A stretch of 63,888 bases of DNA, the filler included, from Collodictyon triciliatum (lineage: Eukaryota), in assembly GCA_043381765.1 (NCBI GenBank). It is 6 parts of 6 records of this genome, joined end to end, with 100 filler letters (N's around TTAATTAATTAA, not from the genome) between each part and the next. Parts side by side here need not be neighbours in the genome. Positions count along the whole stretch, not along the records: positions 47,710 to 59,899 come from JBHJMP010002223.1; positions 60,000 to 63,888 come from JBHJMP010002266.1; 4 more parts are not named here. One strand, written 5' to 3'. The notes under the pieces were generated by a model that saw only the letters and a program-made list of their open reading frames with translations, was not told the DNA's origin and did not search any database. The translations under genes and the position numbers were made by a program. Of this stretch, positions 56,301 to 63,888 are shown one piece after another. The first letter of the stretch is position 1. Each line of letters starts with the position of its first letter.

Positions 56301-57310
56301 TGAGCTTGAGAATGATCTTTGCATGATTCTATGGTTTGATGATCATCATCCATATGGAGATGTTCTTTCTCTTGGATTTGAACACATCCTTGTTGAGATT
56401 TCTTCTCATTCGATTCTATTTCTTGACGTTCGATATTAATCATGAGAGTATTTTCCATAGTATTGATAACTTGCTCTTGTTTTGATTGGTCTCCGTTTGA
56501 TTCTCTCACTTGTTCTTGAATCTCATCAACATTCTCTTGTTGCGATTGTTCTTCGTTCGGTTCTCTTACTTGTTTATCAGTATTCGTCGCGAGGGTATCT
56601 TTTCCTTGAGATTCCATAATACCTCCATGTTGGGATTTCTTCTCATTCGATTCTATTTCTTGGCATTCGATATTAATCATGAGAGTATCTTCCTGAGTCT
56701 CAATACTATGCCCTTGTTGCAATTGTCCTTCGTTTGGCTCCTTTACTTGTTCTTCTGTCTCATCAACATGCTCATGTTGTGGTTGTTTTTCGTTTGATTC
56801 TTTAGCTTGTTGAGTATTTATCGTGATAGTATTTTGTTCTTGACTTGCAACATGTTCTTTTTGTGATTCTTGTTCGTTCAATCCTCCCACTTGTTCTTGA
56901 GTACTCATCGACAGGGCGTCTTGTTGTGGGGGTTTGATACTATGTTCTCGTTGTATTCGTTCCGCACCTCCAGCATGTTCCTTGCTCTCCAAAACTTGCT
57001 CCTGTTGATGACTCTGCCCCAGCGTTTCGAGCTCTTCCTGCGTCTCTTTTCCTTGGTCGCAAGTAAAGGCATGCGTTTTTTCTTCCTGAAGGACGTTCTC
57101 TTCGCCAGTAGGCAGCTGCAGATCAAGGGCCTCTTGTGTGTTTGGCGGCTGCTTTTCTCCTTCGTCATGGGTTTGCTCAGTTTTCTTTTGGTCTGCTTGT
57201 TCTGCTTCAGAGTGGATCTCCTCAGCGCTTGTCGCGACATCTTCTACTTCTGCGCTCTTGTGTTCTGCTGGAGAAATACCCTCTTTTCCATCAAGCGGAT
57301 CCGTCTCCAT
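53366..57310 (-). CDS. SHAQKYF-class single-Myb protein with long Q/E-rich N-terminus
   Basis: Large acidic exon from METDPLD; NPQWTEKERMLFLE ... ISSKTPEQ|AKSYAHEYF (cf. KTxxQVxSHAQKYF); low-complexity downstream exons; TGA at 53366-53368. Confidence 0.72.
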
Positions 57311-58143
57311 ACCTTCGCGCTTAATCGAGTCCCACAAGTTGCTTCCTTTTCTTTTTCTTCCTCCTGCTCTTTTTCTTCTTTTCTCTTTAGTGCTCTAGCT
57401 GCTCGCTTCGATGTCTGGTTTTCTACCGGTGTTTTAAAGTGTAATTCAGGTCAAGTATGCCTCTTCTGTTCTCTCCTTTTTTTTTCTCCCTCTCCTTGTT
57501 ATATAATGCCGTCCAGTACAATCTCTATAATACAGACTCTTAAGATAATCAAACACGAAAAATAAAAGAGGGGGAGAAAGCCTTCATCTTCTCTATTTTC
57601 CTAATACTTTGCTGCTCTTAGCTTCTTTTTTTTTATCGCTTGCCTTTCGGACATCCTTGCGCCACATCTAGTTCCGCTCTTTAACCTCTTGACGGTAGAT
57701 TGAAAGACATCATAACAAATCTCTGTTGATATTGTCCTTAATTCTACAGAACACCCATCCTTCTTTCCCTATACTTCTATTCAAGTTCGTTCTATGCTAC
57801 CACCCTTGCTGAGTCATCACCAACATCTTCCTCTCACGTCTTTCTCATTCCCCCTTCGCTTCAACTCTGTTTCTTTCAAGCCACCTTCACCAGCGCACAC
57901 CAGCCAGAGCCTTATCCTTCCCTTTGCCCCTCCCTCTTTTCTTCTGCTGATTACATAGTGCATTTCTGTCATTTACAACGGACTCTGCCGCTCTGTCACT
58001 CCCCTCGTAAAAGCAGACATCGAAGCGGGCTGAGAAACAACCATCACACACATTCTTAGGGAAAGCCAGGAACCAGCCGACCAAGCAGCCACCAGCGCCT
58101 CGAGAACAACCGCCCACAACCCACTCTCCATCGCTCGGGGCAC

Positions 58144-59523
58144 ATGGGCCTTAGTCACCCACACACACTCGCCAGCGAGACCAGAAGCGCGAACGAATCA
58201 TGGGACTCGGACAGCCGCTCGGGTGATTCTACTCAAGAAGGATGCCTTCTTTTACATAGCCTGCCAGCTCAGCAGTTCCAATACCAGCTTCTCACAGCAC
58301 CATGCAGCAACCCAGAGTCCTTAACACGCCTCGTTGTGACACAAAGAAATATCCCCGCCTTCTGCCTTGATCTGGTGCTGACCCTGCCTCGTCTGCAGCA
58401 GCTCGATCTCTCCCGCAACGCAATTGCAAGCGTGACAATCAAAGAGGGCTGCCCATCTATCGCGTCCTCTCTAACGCAGCTGATTCTCTCGCAGAACCGC
58501 CTCAGCACTTTGCCAAGCTCTCTCTTTGCCCGACTTCCTCACTTGCGCTCCCTCTTCCTCTATGCCAATCGCCTGACAGCCCTGCCTCCTTCCGTCTCTG
58601 TCCTTTCTGCCCTTTGCTGTCTCCATGTCTTTGCAAACCAACTGACAGCTTTGCCTCGTGAGTGCGCCTCTCTTTCACATCTTCGAGAAGTGACGCTTGG
58701 CACTGTCTACGGTGGCAATCCACTCTGCATTCACTCATGGGCACCCGATTTATCCCTACTCACATCATTAACCCGACTCGCCCTCACAAACACACCAGTG
58801 ACATCCCTTCCTCAAGGATTCATCCGCTTCCCGTGTTATGCGCTCGACTCATCCCTCCAGTCTCTTCCCCTTCATGCCCCTCCAAGGACAGAGAGTGCAG
58901 TCCAAACTGCATCCTGGTGTCCACCCTCCTATCCTCATCAATTGGCCGATGCAGTTCCAGAGGCCTTCTATTGTCCAATCACAATGGCCATCCTGAAGGA
59001 CCCTGTCGTAGCTTCCGATGGTTTTACTTATGAGCGCGCAGAGATTTATCGCTGGGTCAAACTTGGGCGTCCGGCGAGTCCAATGACCAACCGCCCTTTA
59101 TCGAGCATAGTACTGCATCCAAACAGAATCCTTATCTCATGGATGAAGGAGTTCTTTGAGAAAAACCCCCACTTACGTCCAGTGGAGGAATTAAAGGAGG
59201 AAAATGGTGAGAATGCTATGGAACTAAATAATAACAGTAGCGATAATCGAGGAAGCGGTACAGGTATCCAATCGCAATCACGGCAAAGCCCTGCTCGTGG
59301 GTCCGCAGCATACAACACGACGCCCCCTTCGATTCAAAGAAACCGATCAGCAACCTCTCTAACATCCTCACCCAGTCGTGGAAGTCATGTAAATAGACCA
59401 GATTCACCACCGCCTCATGGTCCTCGGAATGAAGCTGTCTCATGTTCTCCTGGATTTTCGAATACCCGCAACGCAAATGCGCCTCATAACCGGAATGTGT
59501 CTCGCCCAAGATCGGCACGATGA
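58144..59523 (+). CDS. LRR plus U-box E3 ubiquitin ligase
   Basis: LRRs LQQLDLSRNAI, LTQLILSQNRLSTLP, LRSLFLYANRLTALP; U-box VPEAFYCPITMAILKDPVVASDGFTYERAEIYRW...SPMTNRPL...PNRIL. Confidence 0.92.
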   Translation: MGLSHPHTLASETRSANESWDSDSRSGDSTQEGCLLLHSLPAQQFQYQLLTAPCSNPESLTRLVVTQRNIPAFCLDLVLTLPRLQQLDLSRNAIASVTIKEGCPSIASSLTQLILSQNRLSTLPSSLFARLPHLRSLFLYANRLTALPPSVSVLSALCCLHVFANQLTALPRECASLSHLREVTLGTVYGGNPLCIHSWAPDLSLLTSLTRLALTNTPVTSLPQGFIRFPCYALDSSLQSLPLHAPPRTESAVQTASWCPPSYPHQLADAVPEAFYCPITMAILKDPVVASDGFTYERAEIYRWVKLGRPASPMTNRPLSSIVLHPNRILISWMKEFFEKNPHLRPVEELKEENGENAMELNNNSSDNRGSGTGIQSQSRQSPARGSAAYNTTPPSIQRNRSATSLTSSPSRGSHVNRPDSPPPHGPRNEAVSCSPGFSNTRNANAPHNRNVSRPRSAR

Positions 59524-59782
59524 TGCTAATAATTACCTAAGACACTTTTTCTTTTGTTAAAGGTTGCAATATAATTCAGATAATTTTTTCTTTGATGTGC
59601 TGGGATTGTATCTCTTCAAAAAATGTATATAAACTGGACATGTAATGATTTTTCCTCCGCGATTCAGACGGTATCCTTCAGCTCAGTAAGAAAAAGTAGT
59701 CACACGTTTGAAATTGGGGCGTTTTCCATTGTTGCTCAAGTGCGAAAGCTTGTGCCGTGTGAGAACATGTAATACACATTTT

Positions 59783-59899
59783 GTATGTATGTATGTATGT
59801 ATGTATGTATGTATGTATGTATGTATGTATGTATGTATGTATGTATGTATGTATGTATGTATGTATGTATGTATGTATGTATGTATGTATGTATGTATG
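59783..59899. repeat. (GTAT)n microsatellite at scaffold end
   Basis: Direct reading. Confidence 0.93.
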
Positions 59900-59999
59900 N
59901 NNNNNNNNNNNNNNNNNNNNNNNNNNNNNNNNNNNNNNNNNNNTTAATTAATTAANNNNNNNNNNNNNNNNNNNNNNNNNNNNNNNNNNNNNNNNNNNN
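59900..59999. other. artificial scaffold-joining spacer
   Basis: N44-TTAATTAATTAA-N44. Confidence 0.95.
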
Positions 60000-60168
60000 A
60001 AAGAATGAAAAAGAATGAAAAAGAATGAAAAAGAATGAAAAAGAATGAAAAAGAATGAAAAAGAATGAAAAAGAATGAAAAAGAATGAAAAAGAATGAAA
60101 AGAAAAGATAGAGAGAAGAAGAGGAGGAGGGGTTGTATTTGAAAAAGACAAGTTCATCCAACCCCTAC

Positions 60169-62237
60169 TCGTTCTTCAAAGGATATGACTGCAGAGACAC
60201 AGTTTCCCTCGATGAGATATCGCTGAGAAGGCCCAGCAAAGAACTGCAAACGAAAGGGCCTATGCGATACATATATTATCAATAGTACGGCGATACTCCA
60301 GTCATTTTCACTTTAAATGGTGCGTCATGATAATCACATGAAGATCTAACATACAAATTTACCCTTCAAGAACGGGTTTCTTGGCACGGTCATGAGGTGG
60401 TAATACATACGACATCGGCTGTTCCAATAAGGCAAGGGAGAATGGCCTTTATTTCACAAGTAATTATTTTTCATAAAAATAAAATAAAAGAAGCATACTT
60501 TGACACGAAAAAAAAAAAAGAAAGACTAATATGTATTCATAGCACAGCAAAAGAAATTGTGTTTTCACTATGACAAGAATTTTCCAGGAAATTACATTAT
60601 AGAAATAGAAGGTTGTGCAGAGCCGTTGAAAACTTTCCAGTCGATTTGATATACACTTAGGACCTCTTTGCGTGCGTTCAGGCGCTGCTTAAGGTTATCC
60701 AGTTGAAGGAGATCCTCGACAGACAAGATACGCTTCTCTTCGAGGTCATTGATCTGTTTTTAATCAACCCGTAGGTAGTTTTTAATCTTTTATTTTATTT
60801 CATTTTGGATATTCATATATGAAAACAGATATATATTTGAACGTCAGACTGCCATAGATTGGGCATTTAATTATAATGATGATAATAATTCAGAAACCAC
60901 TTAAATGTTTGTTACTCTTGATTGAATTTACTTTTCAGAAGTAGGCATTATAATATGATTCCCTATATTCTTCATTATTTGATCTCTTTTATTTTGTGAA
61001 CAAACCGCGGCGATTTGCGTCTCTGATTCATTCTTCAGCTGATCGATCAACGGAATAACTTGCTGAGACAATTCGAGCTCGGGATTCAAGAAAATGTCTA
61101 CTGTCTGTTGTAGAATCATGTATAAGGGCTAGTTATTTATGTGGTTATGTATACTAATAAAAAAAACCATATATTTTTTACAGTTAAATTTGTAATACTT
61201 TAGAACAACTGAGCGCGGCACAATAACTGTCGTGTAAATTGCGCATTGATTGAGTGTTTGATGAATAGAGGTCATGAACGACGGAAATATAGTTTTCAGC
61301 CTCCGTAAGAAGCATCTGTGGTAAAATCATATGCAAATATTTTATCAGAAGAGTTGTGTTTTTTTTTTTTTAAAAAGAAAAAAAAGTAATGTAGACAACT
61401 AACCAATACCATATCTCTACCATCACATCACAAAAAGAAGAGAAGAGAGAAAATTGATTAAGACACATGCAGTTAAAAGATTGTCAGATGTCTTTTATGC
61501 GTGGTAATTCAACATAAAGAATACGATGGATGCCTAACCTGCTCTTGCGAGGTCGCTCTGGCCCATTCACGGCGAGTGGCTTCCCAATGTTTAATCAGAG
61601 ACAGCGGCTGTTGATTGCGGGGCCGAGAAAAGTGAGGAGGAGAAGCAACAGAAGAAGCATCATCTTGAGGTACAGCTGGTGTCTTTGTTTTCATGGCATT
61701 GGCCATCTAGTAGCAAACGACCCAAAATGAAGAAGTTTTAACATGGATTATTCGATCATTGAAAGAAAAAGAAAACGATTACGTTGCGGTGCATGCTTTG
61801 AAATAAAATAGAGATAACCATTTGAATGCTTTGCATATTCACAGCCTTCAGATACTCAAGAGACTGCTGCAGAGATTGATTAAGTAATTGGTGCGTTGAT
61901 TTCAAAGACTCTTCTTCGCCAGTAATGGTTTTTAAGCTGGCGTGTGTTAGTACACTGTTGGAGTCACATTCCTCCGAGTGCGTGTGAAAAACGCCTAAGT
62001 TCCAACATACGATCGATGAGACAACGAGAACAAAAAGATGAAATCGTATCAAGAAAAGAAAAGAAAAGAAAAGAAAAGAAAAGAAAAGAAAAGAAAAGAA
62101 AAGAAAAGAAAAGAAAGATGGGTCGCAGAAGATTTGGAGGCCAAGTCAAGATCAAAAGACTAACTGAGGCGCGATCTCTTTTCCTGGGGCTCTTCGGATC
62201 GACAAGAGCGCTCGGTTTCGGGTGGGCTGCGGCTCAT
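60169..62237 (-). CDS. Dictyostelium-type STAT-like protein, 5' part (coiled coil plus start of DNA-binding domain)
   Basis: Spliced INDLEEKRILSVEDLLQLDNLKQRLNARKEVLSVYQIDW...FSLALLEQPMSYVL...GPFRLQFFAGPSQRYLIEGNCVSAVI resembles the Dictyostelium STAT coil end and the L.I..QPFP.VI..V.L.TG segment; SH2 domain not in window. Confidence 0.6.
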
Positions 62238-62885
62238 TGTTGCCTGTCTTTATCATGAACGGGCACTTGTCTTTAGTAACTTTGCGTGTTTGCTTCGGCC
62301 CACACTCTGATCTAAACTCGAAGCCAGCTCATCCTCGAAGGTTTTCATTGCGGTGACTTATTTATCTTTAAAATTTATATACTTAATCACACTTGTTTAG
62401 TAGTGTGTTTAGGGTTGGAGGGGAGTTTGTTTTTTGTTTGTTTTTTGAATAATCTGGGGCAACGTTAGTTTGGATTCATCTCCGGTACATTATGTATGGT
62501 AATTAGATTCCTAAACTGGAATATATCACTCCTACCTTGCCCCCCACCACCCTCAATCCAGGTCGAGATGCGTACCACAAAATACACTCACCCATGCGCA
62601 AAATCGACAGCAATTTGGAATAACCCGTATAATCCCCTGCTATGCGAATTCAAACTAGTTTTTTTTTCATATAGAAGTCTTAATGGATAAAATGGCAGCT
62701 GGTCTCATTTATTTCATCGGGAACAGCTTAATTTATTCCTGGTCCTAATTTTAAGTTCGATTTTGATGCTTAAACAAAATGTCTAACATTTAACGATACA
62801 CTTGTTTTGTGGCACCATTCTACGAACTCTTTATCCATTTATCAAATAGTTCTTTTCTATATATAAACGAAGGAAATAAAGTCTA

Positions 62886-63773
62886 CCATTCGCAGTCCCC
62901 CTCGGCCCCTGCGACCACCACGAGGGCGATTACCTCCATTGGACGGTCTTGGATTGGGTGGCAATTGCGCCTGGATAATCACTTCTCCTGGTTTGATACT
63001 GTTGACATCGACTTGGAATGAAAATCGCACACGTGTTTAGTATAACCAAAAGAATGGAACAGGATTACACAATTTAACATAAAAATATTAGTGAAAATCT
63101 AATTCACGACAGCTGTTATCATAGTGGAAGTAATACCTCGATTACGGTTCATGCGATTGCGTCGATTCTCTTCGCGCTTCTCGAAACTAGAATTCATTCG
63201 GTTGGCCTATAAATTGGGTTGGTATTGAGTGATTAATCATTTCATAAATGCTACGAAACCAAAAGAAAAAATGAATGCAACAGAAACAGTATCACTGCCC
63301 ATTACAAAACGACGTATGCATCACACTACATGTAGACCATTTAATCATAAAAAAAAATAATCAGTTTCAAGCACTCACGCGTCCAGCGGACGAGGTATCC
63401 ACATCCATCGAGTTGTCATTTGTGTTTCGGCGGTTTGGCACAAATCCACCTCGACCCCCACGACCACGGCCACGGCCGCCACGAACGTTTCCAGCAACAT
63501 TTGAAAATCTTGCATTTCCACGACCACGTCCACGTGAGGCTGTACCAATGTTGACAGTCGATGTATTCTCGCCGCCAGAAGTGCTCAAGTTTGGGCGGTT
63601 GAAGCCACCACGCCCTCGACCACGTCCACGCCCGCGACCGCGACTGCCTCGTCCAGAAGGATTAGATTCACTAACCTTAGATAGCACATCCTCTGATATG
63701 ATTTTTATAATTAGTACGTATCAAGTGAGAAAGGGCGATTGACATGTACCGAGCATCCTTCTCAAAGAGCTCT
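62886..63773 (-). CDS. RGG/RG-rich putative RNA-binding protein (5' end probably beyond window)
   Basis: Exons with GRGSRGRGRGRGRGRGG, GRGRGRGGRGG, RRNRMNRNR, RGGRRGRGG; canonical splice sites. Confidence 0.7.
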
Positions 63774-63790
63774 CTAGTTGATGGATTTGT

Positions 63791-63888
63791 GTATGTATGT
63801 ATGTATGTATGTATGTATGTATGTATGTATGTATGTATGTATGTATGTATGTATGTATGTATGTATGTATGTATGTATGTATGTATGT
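63791..63888. repeat. (GTAT)n microsatellite at window end
   Basis: Direct reading. Confidence 0.93.

Noticed and set aside
12265-59955. Recurrent TTAATTAATTAA palindrome at roughly 11-12 kb spacing
   Set aside because: Always centred in N44 flanks: an artificial six-frame-stop linker, not a biological element.
61756-62052. Apparent signal-anchor ORF MIRFHLFVLVVSSIVCW
   Set aside because: It starts at TTG; the hydrophobic stretch is the intron 3' end before an acceptor of the STAT-like gene.

Overview
Intron-rich, AT-rich eukaryotic nuclear DNA using the standard code, with microsatellite-filled introns. It is not one contiguous locus: five artificial 100-nt spacers (N44-TTAATTAATTAA-N44) join six separate scaffolds, so neighbourhoods across them are meaningless. 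Hand-spliced genes: ER cyclophilin B, BUB1 kinase, plant FAE1-type 3-ketoacyl-CoA synthase, REV3 (5' part), coiled-coil/NHL protein, dCache-HAMP class III nucleotide cyclase receptor, CoA-type Nudix hydrolase, site-2 protease, TmcB/C-like membrane protein, SMARCD/BAF60, SHAQKYF-class Myb, LRR-U-box E3 ligase, a Dictyostelium-type STAT (5' part) and an RGG protein. Scaffold 3 also holds decayed Mutator-like and L1-type elements. The repertoire suggests an amoebozoan-like protist (inference). Highlights: a well-supported minor-spliceosome AT-AC intron in the site-2 protease gene; a receptor cyclase with an atypical Asp/Asp base-specificity pair and a variant amino-acid-sensing Cache motif; a Dictyostelium-type STAT; a fossil MULE that may carry a ULP1-like protease; and a candidate structured RNA between cyclophilin and BUB1. 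All assignments come from reading motifs by eye; no searches were run.
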